Below, one piece after another: positions 20,001-32,106 of a stretch of 64,000 nucleotides of DNA. Made by a program: the position numbers and the translations under genes. Source of the DNA: an uncultured Cellvibrionales bacterium (GTDB taxonomy: Bacteria; Pseudomonadota; Gammaproteobacteria; Pseudomonadales; Cellvibrionaceae); NCBI GenBank assembly GCA_913050115.1, contig CAJWZU010000001.1:17527-81526 (forward strand), written 5' to 3'. The notes under the pieces are model-generated. The model ran no database searches and was not told the origin of the DNA. It saw nothing but the letters and a program-made list of their open reading frames with translations. How positions within the stretch are numbered: the stretch's first letter is position 1; the number at the start of each line of letters is the position of its first letter.

Positions 20001-20840
20001 TCAATAGCCGTTCGACGAATAATCAATTGGGTAGTCTTTTTGATCGATACGTTCCACACCGGTGACAATAGAGCCGTCATCACACAGATCAAACCACCGG
20101 TAACCGGGCATCGCTTTATCGACGGCGAAATCGTCCAAATCGGGCTTGAATTGAATGCAGGTCGACGGTGCCGAACACAGCTGCACGCCTTTACGTTGTG
20201 TTTCATAGGCCTGATGAACATGGCCCCAAGCAACGGACTGAACCTGTGGATAGAGATCCAGTAATGCATAAAAAGCGTCAGCATTGCGCAGAGTGTACTG
20301 ATCGATCCAGGCACTGCCGACCGGCTGTGGCTGATGGTGCAGCATTACCAGCACATGTTTGGGCTCTGGCGCCTGCGCATTCGCCTCCAGTAAAGCCTGC
20401 ATCCGTGCCAGCTCATAGTCTGCCAGATAGCCGTAGACCTGGCCTGGCACTGCGGAATCGAGCAGAATGATCTGCCACTGCTTGGTTTCCACCAAGCGCG
20501 ACAAAATAGCTTTATCGGCGGCAAAAGCGTCCATATTGGCGGCAGAGTCGTGATTTCCGGGCAACCAAGCCAGCGGACTGCTAAATTGCGCTTTGAGGGT
20601 ATTATAAAAGCGGTCGTAACAGTCGGGGTTGCCAGCACTGGCAATATCGCCGGTACATACCAGCAGATCAATAGCGCTCTCGCGCACCTCTATTAGCTGC
20701 AGTACATCGACAAAACTTTCATCGGTGTCCAGATTGAGCAGAGTTTCACCGGCCACAGCGCCTAAGTGGCAGTCAGTAAACTGCACCAGTCGATAGGGCT
20801 GACCCTCCTGGCCACGTTGTTGAGAGCTTGTTTTCGACAC
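20001..20840 (-). CDS. cpdA: 3',5'-cyclic-AMP phosphodiesterase
   Basis: 279 aa with metallophosphoesterase blocks DCHLG, TGDIASAG, GNHD and MLHH. Synteny supports the call. Confidence 0.88.
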   Translation of the reverse strand: MSKTSSQQRGQEGQPYRLVQFTDCHLGAVAGETLLNLDTDESFVDVLQLIEVRESAIDLLVCTGDIASAGNPDCYDRFYNTLKAQFSSPLAWLPGNHDSAANMDAFAADKAILSRLVETKQWQIILLDSAVPGQVYGYLADYELARMQALLEANAQAPEPKHVLVMLHHQPQPVGSAWIDQYTLRNADAFYALLDLYPQVQSVAWGHVHQAYETQRKGVQLCSAPSTCIQFKPDLDDFAVDKAMPGYRWFDLCDDGSIVTGVERIDQKDYPIDYSSNGY

Positions 20841-20873
20841 CGACCCACTGATTCCTTTTTTTATAAATAACGT

Positions 20874-21308
20874 TTATTGAGTAATATTAACGGTTTCTAC
20901 CGCTCGACCACAACCCAAGCTATGGCTTAACCAATCGCCAAGAAAATGGTTAAACTGCGATTTTTCATCTTCGTGATACATATCCCTGTTGGGATAACTG
21001 TACCGCGGCTGCAGCTGGCGGTGATGATCCCAAGCGACCACTTCGGCCATATCGGCATCGTGGTAGAGCCTTACGGTTAAAGTGAGTGCCTGAGACCATA
21101 GTGTTAATGCAGAGTCTCTCTGGCTCACACTTAAAGTCGTAGTGTAGCGCGCTCGTTCATGCACTTGTATTTCCATCTCACCGCTATCGAGCGCTATAGC
21201 CCAACGCTCACGGTTGTCTAGATCGGGTAACAACTTCAGCAGCCGCGCGTAATTGTGCGAACATTGCGCCTGCTGACGGGGCAAATCGATTTTATAAGGC
21301 GCTTTCAT
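20874..21308 (-). CDS. yqiB: DUF1249 family protein YqiB
   Basis: 144 aa, in the conserved position between nudF and cpdA. Confidence 0.75.
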   Translation of the reverse strand: MKAPYKIDLPRQQAQCSHNYARLLKLLPDLDNRERWAIALDSGEMEIQVHERARYTTTLSVSQRDSALTLWSQALTLTVRLYHDADMAEVVAWDHHRQLQPRYSYPNRDMYHEDEKSQFNHFLGDWLSHSLGCGRAVETVNITQ

Positions 21309-21355
21309 TAACCCTCCGACTATTATCCAGCTTCGGCAATTGAAATTCTGTTAAT

Positions 21356-21400
21356 AACATCTCGATTAGAGATGTTTAAAGGTCAATATTGACCTTTAAA
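21356..21400. repeat. Two abutting perfect inverted repeats in the nudF-yqiB spacer
   Basis: aacatctc-gatta-gagatgtt (21356-21376) is immediately followed by the 26-nt perfect palindrome tttaaaggtcaatattgacctttaaa (21375-21400). Confidence 0.8.
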
Positions 21401-21498
21401 GCAATAAAATACCATAGCGAGGGTATCTCTATAAAACAGAGTTAGCTATGTAAAGCCCTTCACCTGCCAGCATTAAATCACTTCAAGCCGGCGCTCAG

Positions 21499-22104
21499 CT
21501 ACTTTAGACTATCTTGATGCAACTGCAGCCACTGCAGACAAATCAAGGTAGCCGCATTATTCATACTACCGCCATATAAATTGGCAAATATCTCGGCGGC
21601 GGGATGAATACACAAGCGAATGTCCTCGCCCTCGGTTTCTAGGCCATGAATACCACCCGCTTGCGACAAATCGGCTATAGCGCAGTAGAGATAGAGTTTT
21701 TCATCACAACCGCCAGGACTTGACAAATAATCACAGATATAGCGCAGCTCGCGCGGTGAGATATCCGCTTCCTCAAGCAACTCACGCCGCATTGCCTGCT
21801 CGGGAGTACCGCCGCAATCGAGAATACCCGCTACTACTTCCAGCGCCCACGGGCCAGACGGTTCATCCAGACATCCGACGCGAAACTGCTCGACCAGTCC
21901 GATTAAGTCATTAACTGGATCGTAGAGTACCGCCGCCACGGCCGGGCCGCGGCTGAGCAGCTCGCGAGTTAACTCTGGGCTCCAGCCGCCATCGAACAGC
22001 TTGTGGCGCAGACGCAAGCGATCCATCTTAAGAAAGCCGTCGAACACCCTTTCACGACGTAATATCTCCACGTCATTTAAGCTAAAAACCGCTTCTTTAT
22101 TCAT
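21499..22104 (-). CDS. nudF: ADP-ribose pyrophosphatase (Nudix)
   Basis: 201 aa with the Nudix box GILDCGGTPEQAMRRELLEEADI. Synteny supports the call. Confidence 0.88.
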   Translation of the reverse strand: MNKEAVFSLNDVEILRRERVFDGFLKMDRLRLRHKLFDGGWSPELTRELLSRGPAVAAVLYDPVNDLIGLVEQFRVGCLDEPSGPWALEVVAGILDCGGTPEQAMRRELLEEADISPRELRYICDYLSSPGGCDEKLYLYCAIADLSQAGGIHGLETEGEDIRLCIHPAAEIFANLYGGSMNNAATLICLQWLQLHQDSLK

Positions 22105-22110
22105 AAGGTG

Positions 22111-23304
22111 TCACCATGCCGAGCCCGCTGTAATGTAAAACACAGTGTCGTCGGGGCCGCGAGCGAGATCAACCCCCATATCAAAACCATAGCGCCTGGC
22201 AATCTGGTAGCGAAAACCGCCGCCAAAAGTAGCTAGCGTATCGGCATCTGAAAAACTCGAAATGGCATTACTAGCGCGAGCCGCACCAGTAAAGGCTTTT
22301 ACACTCCAGCGGCGATCAATCTGCCAAGTCAATTCAGTTTCCAGTGCGCCGACAAACTTGCCCTGATAGCGCATAGCGGGAATACCGCGCAAATCCACAG
22401 CAGGTGTCGCAAATGGCGGTAGCAAGCCATCACTGTCAGCATAGGAGCTGTCAAACCTAAACCCCAGCAGCCAGCTATCGGCCAGTTGCCAATAATTACG
22501 GCCTTCGATATGGGTTAGGTCATAATCGACATCACTGCCAAAGTCGTTGCGATACCAGACCTGCTCTAGTTCGTAGTGATAACCCGTTTTAGGCGAAAAA
22601 ACATTATCACGACTATCCCACTCCGCTAACAATCCTAAGCCCGAGGTTGCTACGTCTTGAGTCAGTAGCGCTGTTAACTGCTCAGAATATTCTGGCGGCA
22701 AAAGTGCTTCCAAATTGCCTAGACTGTTGGGGGTAATCTCAGCGCTGACATAGCGCTGAGTCACACCAACAAACAAAGGCAAATCACCGGTCTTAAATTT
22801 TAGCTTTTGCATCACCATGACCGCCTCAGTGTTCAAGGAAATCGCTCGGCCTGCGCCAATATCACCCGAACCATAAAAGTCTAAATTCACATCACCATAG
22901 CCACCACCTCCGACATAGCGAACTTTTCCTTGCTTAAAAAAGCCCATATGGCCACCGCCCGCAAACAACGAATCATTGCCCGTTGCCGCCACTGCAATGG
23001 CCGACACACTCGGCGGTATTATGTGCTGTTGGGCCCCGCCATCGGATGAGCGCATGGCTTTAATGCGCGCCTCTTTTTCAGATTCACTCTCGTGAAAAAA
23101 TAGCCCCACTACCCCTAAGCCACCAGCAACAGCTGGATCGGTAATAATGATGGGCACCGGCAATAAACCATAGGCGTTTTCTGATAGATAGTTAGACAAA
23201 TCCAACTGTCCGTCGAGAGGGTCAAAAAAATCGGAGGCTAGCGATTCAGAAACACTGGCCATAAAACCGATAGAAAAAAGTATTGATGCAACAGGAAGCT
23301 TCAT
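22111..23304 (-). CDS. Outer-membrane beta-barrel protein (Omp85 / surface-antigen-like barrel, tentative)
   Basis: Signal peptide MKLPVASILFSIGFMASVSESLA from the internal ATG at 23304. Alternating beta-strand pattern and an aromatic C-terminus (...FYITAGSAW). The family assignment is from memory only. Confidence 0.6.
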   Translation of the reverse strand: MKLPVASILFSIGFMASVSESLASDFFDPLDGQLDLSNYLSENAYGLLPVPIIITDPAVAGGLGVVGLFFHESESEKEARIKAMRSSDGGAQQHIIPPSVSAIAVAATGNDSLFAGGGHMGFFKQGKVRYVGGGGYGDVNLDFYGSGDIGAGRAISLNTEAVMVMQKLKFKTGDLPLFVGVTQRYVSAEITPNSLGNLEALLPPEYSEQLTALLTQDVATSGLGLLAEWDSRDNVFSPKTGYHYELEQVWYRNDFGSDVDYDLTHIEGRNYWQLADSWLLGFRFDSSYADSDGLLPPFATPAVDLRGIPAMRYQGKFVGALETELTWQIDRRWSVKAFTGAARASNAISSFSDADTLATFGGGFRYQIARRYGFDMGVDLARGPDDTVFYITAGSAW

Positions 23305-23716
23305 AAAAAACTCAAATATTAAGGCCAATCATGCTAAACGCATATCAGTATAAATTCAGACCTCTGGTCCGGTAACTTTTCTGCCGACAGTTTTATCTGT
23401 CCGCTAGCTCTCAGCTCTACTGAGGCTTGCTGAAGCCCAAGAATAGTGAGCCGGAGGTAGGACTCAACATACAGAAGGGCCCCAAAAGGGAATGCCGCGT
23501 TTGTAATCAATAGATTTTAAAATGACAGCAATTTTAACACCGGGTTTTATGGCCATACCGGTGTTGATATTATTTTATAACAGCATTTTTGCCGATGCCA
23601 GCATCGGCAAAACGAGCAACTAACTGAACTTCAGCTACCACGAAGCTATTAATGTACAAGCCATGTTTTATCAATTGAAGCTAGGCTATCAATTTTAGAT
23701 GCTCAAGTATTCAAGA

Positions 23717-24412
23717 TTAGTTTTTTTCAGTGGCTTTATTTGCAGCATGCAAGCTAACTAATCTGGCCATAATAATTGCTATATAGAATTGACCAATCAT
23801 CGCCTCTACCGCGACCCAAGCACCTGCGACATTATTGGCTGGGGTTATATCGCCATAACCCAATGTCGATAGGGTGATAAAACTGAAATAAGTAAAAGTG
23901 CCCATGTAATGATCTTCACTCGATGTGGCCGCAATCAAGTAGTCATTACTAAAATTAAAAGCACCGCCATAAAATAAATGAATGTTGGCATAAATCGCCG
24001 CCCAGATAAATGCCAGCATCAAATAGAGACACATAGAGGCGTAAATCACATTGATGGTGACGGTTTTACAACCAAGAAGATGTTTTAAAAAATGATAGCC
24101 AATAAAACTCAAGAAGGCGATAGTGGTGAGATTATGAATATAAAAAGCCAGACGATTTTGATTACTAAATTGCTCTATCCATATCGATGCAATGGCCGGC
24201 ACAAGCAAGACCACGGCCGGAATCCATAGGCGTCGCAACTCCATAACAGAATAGATGGCGGCAAACAGCACCACCGAAAGTATCGCCTTAGATATTAACG
24301 AAAAAAATTCATGCCTCGCAAAATAGGGAGGAATAATTAGCGCGCCAAATAGGCACACTAATAACAGCATAAATCGAAATTCATGCACTTCATTCTTTAA
24401 CCCTAAATGCAT
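23717..24412 (-). CDS. Potassium channel family protein
   Basis: Multi-TM protein with a canonical selectivity filter TLSTLGYGDITP. The start is set at ATG 24412 (MHLGLKNEV) to remove the overlap with the upstream gene. Confidence 0.8.
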   Translation of the reverse strand: MHLGLKNEVHEFRFMLLLVCLFGALIIPPYFARHEFFSLISKAILSVVLFAAIYSVMELRRLWIPAVVLLVPAIASIWIEQFSNQNRLAFYIHNLTTIAFLSFIGYHFLKHLLGCKTVTINVIYASMCLYLMLAFIWAAIYANIHLFYGGAFNFSNDYLIAATSSEDHYMGTFTYFSFITLSTLGYGDITPANNVAGAWVAVEAMIGQFYIAIIMARLVSLHAANKATEKN

Positions 24413-24428
24413 ATCAATACCTACTCTT

Positions 24429-24818
24429 TTACTCGGCTTGTAAATAGGCCAGCGCTGCAGCTTCATCAGTCTTGGCAAAGGCTTTAATATCGATAGCTAC
24501 TCCAAGCGTGGACAGCAACTTATTTTCTAATGCAGTGATTTTCTGTAGCCAGCTTTTATCTGTGACAATAACAACTCGCTCAAACACGCTGAGGCCGGAG
24601 CTGAACAGAAACTTAATTTTCTCGATAATAGCGTCTAACTCTATGGTACCGATATTCTCAATCTCTTGATAAATACGCACCTTGCCATGAACTTGGTGAA
24701 CTTGACCAATTAAGCCCAGCACTTGCATCATCGCCATCTGATCGACAGCACCATCAATACGTAAGGCAACGACTTTATCTTTATTGCTAATCTCTAAATC
24801 TAAAATTTCCACACTCAT
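24429..24818 (-). CDS. STAS/SpoIIAA-like small protein (DUF3478-like, tentative)
   Basis: 129 aa with layout and the VVIVTDKSWLQ block as in STAS/SEC14-type small proteins. It sits 14 nt after the kinase gene and 16 nt before the channel gene. Confidence 0.55.
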   Translation of the reverse strand: MSVEILDLEISNKDKVVALRIDGAVDQMAMMQVLGLIGQVHQVHGKVRIYQEIENIGTIELDAIIEKIKFLFSSGLSVFERVVIVTDKSWLQKITALENKLLSTLGVAIDIKAFAKTDEAAALAYLQAE

Positions 24819-24832
24819 TTTACTTACTCCAA

Positions 24833-26398
24833 TTATGTTGTTAGCTCTAATTTTATACAGCGCACTATAGCGGCATTAATATTCTGACCATTCAAAGGTT
24901 TGGCTACATAGTCATTCATACCTGCCGCCAGACATTTTTCGCGGTCGCCCTTCATAGTGCAGGCTGTCATGGCAATAATCGGCGTCTTCGCTTTATCACC
25001 TTCAAGTAAACGAATAGCACGCGCGGAAGCATAGCCATCCATTATCGGCATCTGACAGTCCATAAACACTAAGTCATAGTTATGGTCCAACATGGCTACT
25101 AGTGCCTGTTCGCCATCGTCCACGCTATCGACATGGGCATAACCTAATTTTTTTAGAAATCCTTGCGCTACCAACTGGTTCACAGGGTTGTCTTCCACCA
25201 GAAGAATTTTAACTGGACTGTCCTGCACTGCGATATTACGCTCTGCTGCTAAGCGAACTGAACTCGCCAATGCATTTTCAGCAAACAGTGCCAATTGTAG
25301 GGTCGATTTTTCCTCGTCGCATGTTTCCGCAACATTTAAATTCACCACAAACCAAAAGTTAGATCCCTGACCCGCACAGCTTTCTAGCCCAACTTCACCG
25401 CCCATTAGCTCAACCAACTGCTTGGTAATAGTAGTGCCAAGTCCGGTACCACCATAAAGTCGAGAGGCCGAACCATCGGCTTGGAAAAACTTGTTAAATA
25501 TTTTGTCTTGCTGAGATTGATCGATACCTATACCAGAATCACTGACACTAACTTTCAAGCTGACTTGCTGATGACCAGCAACGTTTAAAAAAGCCAGTAC
25601 CGCCACATCGACTTTGACGAAGCCGATAGCGGTAAATTTGACGGCATTGCCGATCAAGTTATTTAGACACTGTCCCAGTCGCACCGAATCGGCCGAGATA
25701 TAAGCAGGCATATTACCGCTAACAGTCACTGCAAAATCCAGCCCTTTTGCACCGGCATTAAGTCGTGCGGCATCGGCTAGGGCTTTCAGCCACTCAGCAA
25801 AATTAAAGGCCTGACATTGCAATTGCAGCTTACCGGCCTCCACCTTGGAGACATCCAAAATATCATTGATCAGCGCTAATAGTGAACGACCGCTGTGACC
25901 GATAACCGTCACTAGTTCTTTTTGCTCGCCGTTTAAGGGCGTGTCTTGCAGAAATTCAGACATGCCCATAATCGCATTCATCGGAGTGCGAATTTCATGC
26001 GACATATTGGCTAAAAATTCAGACTTTAAACGGCTGCTCTGAGCCAGCTGTCGGTTTTTATAGTTCACCTCATCAATGGCGCGCTCCAGTGAATCGGTCA
26101 TACTTTGCAGAGACTGAGCCAAAGCACCAATCTCATCCTGACGGTTGACCGCAATCCGCTCAGAAAAATCACCGCGAGCCAAGCGCTGGGCATGCCCCGT
26201 TAAAGCCACTACCGGTGTCGCCAGAGCACGGGCCATGTACAGCGAAACAACAGCCGCTCCCAGTATGGCCACAGCGGCCACACCGAGTACCAAACGGGTA
26301 TCCTGACTAACCCAAGCGAGCGCAGCAACGGGCAATAGCGCGACCAATAAGAAGCCGCATATAAGCTTTTTATATATTGAATTTGGCAATAACTTCAT
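24833..26398 (-). CDS. Hybrid sensor histidine kinase / response regulator
   Basis: 521 aa. Two N-terminal TM segments plus HAMP, the H-box SHEIRTPMNAI, the ATPase G-boxes DSGIGI and GGTGLG, and a C-terminal receiver (DLVFMDCQMPIMDG ... K). Confidence 0.92.
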   Translation of the reverse strand: MKLLPNSIYKKLICGFLLVALLPVAALAWVSQDTRLVLGVAAVAILGAAVVSLYMARALATPVVALTGHAQRLARGDFSERIAVNRQDEIGALAQSLQSMTDSLERAIDEVNYKNRQLAQSSRLKSEFLANMSHEIRTPMNAIMGMSEFLQDTPLNGEQKELVTVIGHSGRSLLALINDILDVSKVEAGKLQLQCQAFNFAEWLKALADAARLNAGAKGLDFAVTVSGNMPAYISADSVRLGQCLNNLIGNAVKFTAIGFVKVDVAVLAFLNVAGHQQVSLKVSVSDSGIGIDQSQQDKIFNKFFQADGSASRLYGGTGLGTTITKQLVELMGGEVGLESCAGQGSNFWFVVNLNVAETCDEEKSTLQLALFAENALASSVRLAAERNIAVQDSPVKILLVEDNPVNQLVAQGFLKKLGYAHVDSVDDGEQALVAMLDHNYDLVFMDCQMPIMDGYASARAIRLLEGDKAKTPIIAMTACTMKGDREKCLAAGMNDYVAKPLNGQNINAAIVRCIKLELTT

Positions 26399-26538
26399 TG
26401 GACATCCGGCGCTTATCCATTAGACAGGAGCCAACTTAGCCAATGCCTATAAAAATGTCATGCAATTTATTAACTTTCCAACAAAGTGTCTACAATTAAA
26501 TTACAAAACAATTAATACCTCACACTTAAGGTGAAAGC

Positions 26539-26940
26539 ATGAGCCTAAAACACCACGGAATATCGATTGGTATCCAGCGCACAGCGCACAACAATGAGCT
26601 CAGCGAGGTATTTTTAACATTAAAAGCCACAGGCACACTCAATCATGATGACTGCCTAATAATTATATCTACGCTAAGTTAGGCGCTAGCTGAAATAGAG
26701 AGGCTCTGCGTTATAATTTTGATTGACAGCACCGAGCTTGAAGGTTGGGAATTAGATGCCGCGTGGGATGATTTCAAACTGGGCCTCAAACATGGCCGCC
26801 AATTCAGCAGAGTTGCTGTCTAGGGCAATAAAAACTGGCAGGAGAGCTCTGCCAAAATAGGCAGCTGGTTTATCTCCGGCGAGATTCAGTATTTCGAGGA
26901 TTACCAGAAGGCGGTAGCTTGGCTACAGAATAGCCGCTAG
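26539..26940 (+). pseudogene. STAS/DUF3478-type gene disrupted by two in-frame TAG codons
   Basis: A single frame reads MSLKHHGISIGIQR...STLS*ALAEIE...ELEGWELDAAWDDFKLGLKHG...VAV*GNKNWQE..IGSWFISGEIQYFED...WLQNSR*. The stops are at 26680-26682 and 26821-26823, and family-typical blocks lie on both sides of each. Confidence 0.75.
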
Positions 26941-27226
26941 CATTTCGATCTACGCAAGATCTGCCGGCAACGACGGGAAATAATTGTCACGGTTCGTTAT
27001 TTTATCGGCGTATCTGCACGGATTGAATACTTTTATCGGTGGTATTTAATGGTTAACCGTTAAAGCAGATATTCGAGCTGCAGCCAATTCATCTTAGGGG
27101 CCGCATTAATTGCCACCCCCATTACTCAATACCATGACTATTTAAGCCCTGCCCGAGAATGAGGTGCCTATAGTTGTTCGACCCAAGCCATTATGGCAGC
27201 GCTTGTGGTCAATATAGTTTATGCCA

Positions 27227-27265
27227 CAAAAAAGGCCGCTGACAATTAAATCAGCGGCCTTTTTA
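27227..27265. terminator. Bidirectional rho-independent terminator after thiC
   Basis: aaaaaaggccgctga ... tcagcggccttttt, lying 20 nt beyond the thiC stop on the minus strand. Confidence 0.85.
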
Positions 27266-27284
27266 ATTTAGTTCAGTTTAGCGG

Positions 27285-30064
<2,780 letters not shown>

Positions 30065-30136
30065 AGCTATCTCGGTTAACAGCTGTGCGTATAGAGAACA
30101 ATAAGAAAGGAGGCAACAGAGGCCACAATAACTTAT

Positions 30137-30358
30137 CTCGTTCCCTACGCCAGCATTATCTGGATCAGGTTAGCGGGTAATTCTCAGCTTAGGAGGCAGT
30201 TTTCAACGCAAAGTTCGTGGCTGCTGTGCTCAGACAATTATGTACTTAATGTACACTCCGTCCTTGCGCGCAGCTCCGTCTAACCTTGGCAAAAAATCCT
30301 CGTCTCCCTATGCCGATGCTAATAAGTTAGCATTAACTCGACAAAGCACCCCGACAAG
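30137..30358 (-). promoter_or_regulatory. TPP (THI-box) riboswitch with an enlarged variable stem
   Basis: The minus strand reads CUUGUCGGGGUGC ...(about 150 nt)... GCUGAGAAUUACCCGCUAACCUGAUCCAGAUAAUGCUGGCGUAGGGAACGAG. P1 can form as CUUGU/ACGAG. It sits directly upstream of thiD-thiC. Confidence 0.8.
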
Positions 30359-30532
30359 ATTATCTGCAGTTTAGCCGCAATCGCACAAAAAGTCACCAGA
30401 GCGACGGTATAGATACGGCCTAATAAGCGGCATTATTTAAAGGGTGCCGCCGCCCAGGCTGTAATGCGCACTAGGCTACTCTATAATTGCCGCAATGCTT
30501 TTTTATTACCCGTCTGCCAAAGGAATTCAGAC

Positions 30533-31084
30533 ATGCCTGCGCTCTTGACTCCACGCCCAACAAAATCACCTTTACTGCCCCTTATGGCATTAATCTCGGC
30601 CGCCGCTGCCACCTTGTACGGCTGCAACCAATACCCAGCATTAGCACAAGCCAAGATAGAGCCCTGCGTCGCCATCGACATGCTGGTCGCCGACCACAGC
30701 AACAACTTTGCCGACATTCGCACCCGACCGCGCCCGTTTAATAGCATTACTGTCTGGCAGACTGATTATGAGGTAATTCAAGACCGCTGCGAAATCTGGG
30801 GCTGGGGCTCGGGCAAATTCAACTATGTCTGCTCGATTGTATCGCCCACCAAAGATGTGGCCACCGCTCGCTACAGCGACAGTATAAAGCGAGTACAAGG
30901 CTGCCTAAACAGTGACTGGGTCGCTACTGAAAACCCACGTAAAGTGGGCAATGGCGTCCACACGCGATTCATCCAAGCGAACAACCCCACCACGGTGTCG
31001 TTGCACCTGGTTGAGACACCCGGCATATTTAGCACCGAGTGGACCACTTATGCCTCAGTGGGTAACTACAGCGATAAACTGTAA
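30533..31084 (+). CDS. Hypothetical lipoprotein
   Basis: Start at ATG 30533 with AGGA 8 nt upstream. Signal plus lipobox MPALL...AAATLYGC. No family recognised. Confidence 0.6.
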   Translation: MPALLTPRPTKSPLLPLMALISAAAATLYGCNQYPALAQAKIEPCVAIDMLVADHSNNFADIRTRPRPFNSITVWQTDYEVIQDRCEIWGWGSGKFNYVCSIVSPTKDVATARYSDSIKRVQGCLNSDWVATENPRKVGNGVHTRFIQANNPTTVSLHLVETPGIFSTEWTTYASVGNYSDKL

Positions 31085-31245
31085 ATACCCAGAGAGTAAG
31101 GATGAAAGCTGTTGGTATTTGTATAGCAGTGCAGTGCTGTTGAGCAGCAACGACTTCAGCTCGGTCAAAGAAGGCGAGACCGAAACAGTATAAGTATTGC
31201 GCAACGGTAAAGTGGTTCAACTGAGTGCGATAAACGCAGCACTGA

Positions 31246-31289
31246 GCAATACAAAAGTCTTAATCGCGCGATCAAGGCTTTTGTATTGC
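31246..31289. terminator. Hairpin between convergent genes
   Basis: A 12-bp perfect stem gcaatacaaaag / cttttgtattgc with a 20-nt loop, between the lipoprotein gene (+) and the DUF4136-like gene (-). Confidence 0.5.
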
Positions 31290-31304
31290 GTAAATAAGTA
31301 AGGA

Positions 31305-31901
31305 TTAAACGTCTAGGCTACGTAACAAGAGCTGCACCGCGACTTCGATACGAGTTTGACGCTGAGTCTGGGTCACATCCTCATCTATCAGCGCCTGAAT
31401 AGCGCCGCGCCAAGCGGCTTTGTGCTGCTCTGGGTCAATGACCGCTACCAATAGTGTACCCACTTTAAAATCGCCCGCCTCGACGCTAAGGTTGGGGTAC
31501 AGTTTAAATAGTCGCTCCATATTCATAGCGTTCTCGCCCTCGCCTAACAGTGCTGCAACCACAACCTGACGATCGGTTTGGGTGCCCTCGGGGGCAAACT
31601 TGAAGCCCTTGGCTTCCAGCCCCAACTGAATACGCTGCTTGATATAAGCATAGCTGTCGATATTAGCACTGCTCGGTATTTGACCTTCCACCACAAGAAA
31701 GTCCTGCGAAAACCAACTCAGCTGATGCGCACTGTTGAGCGCGATATCTGGCGAGCTCACCGCTACCACAGAACTCTGGGGCAGTGCGGCGGACTCGGGT
31801 GAGGAGGTATCAGTCACGCAGGCGGTCAAACTAATAACTACCGCTATAGCCAAGGCACTGCGAGCAATATAGTGAGAAATTTTTATCATGTTACTCATCA
31901 C
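31305..31901 (-). CDS. Lipoprotein, DUF4136-like
   Basis: Lipobox VISLTAC. The C-terminal block GTLLVAVIDPEQHKAAWRG resembles the DUF4136 signature, recalled from memory. Confidence 0.6.
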   Translation of the reverse strand: MMSNMIKISHYIARSALAIAVVISLTACVTDTSSPESAALPQSSVVAVSSPDIALNSAHQLSWFSQDFLVVEGQIPSSANIDSYAYIKQRIQLGLEAKGFKFAPEGTQTDRQVVVAALLGEGENAMNMERLFKLYPNLSVEAGDFKVGTLLVAVIDPEQHKAAWRGAIQALIDEDVTQTQRQTRIEVAVQLLLRSLDV

Positions 31902-32106
31902 CTTAAATCAATTATTGAGAGACAAATTTCATTACAGAAGCATTAATGCTAGCCGCTAGCGAGAATAAAACCGAGGGAAAGAGAGGGTTCACTTCCACGC
32001 ATCGGCTCTGAGTTGACGCTGCAAATGGCCGACCAAGTAGAATTTCACCAAGACCAGGCCATTGTAGAGAACCCCGCCAGAGAGCAAAAAAATCTGCAAT
32101 AGGCTC

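Noticed and set aside
23586-23612. Hairpin ttttgccgatgc-ca-gcatcggcaaaa downstream of the K+ channel gene, considered as a terminator
   Set aside because: The T and A runs are part of the stem itself, and no U-tract follows the stem on either strand, so it is not a canonical intrinsic terminator.
26680-26823. The two in-frame TAG codons as programmed recoding (pyrrolysine or amber suppression)
   Set aside because: No pyl genes or suppressor tRNA are visible. Both sites are explainable as single-base nonsense mutations of E/Q and Y codons, so a pseudogene is the simpler reading.
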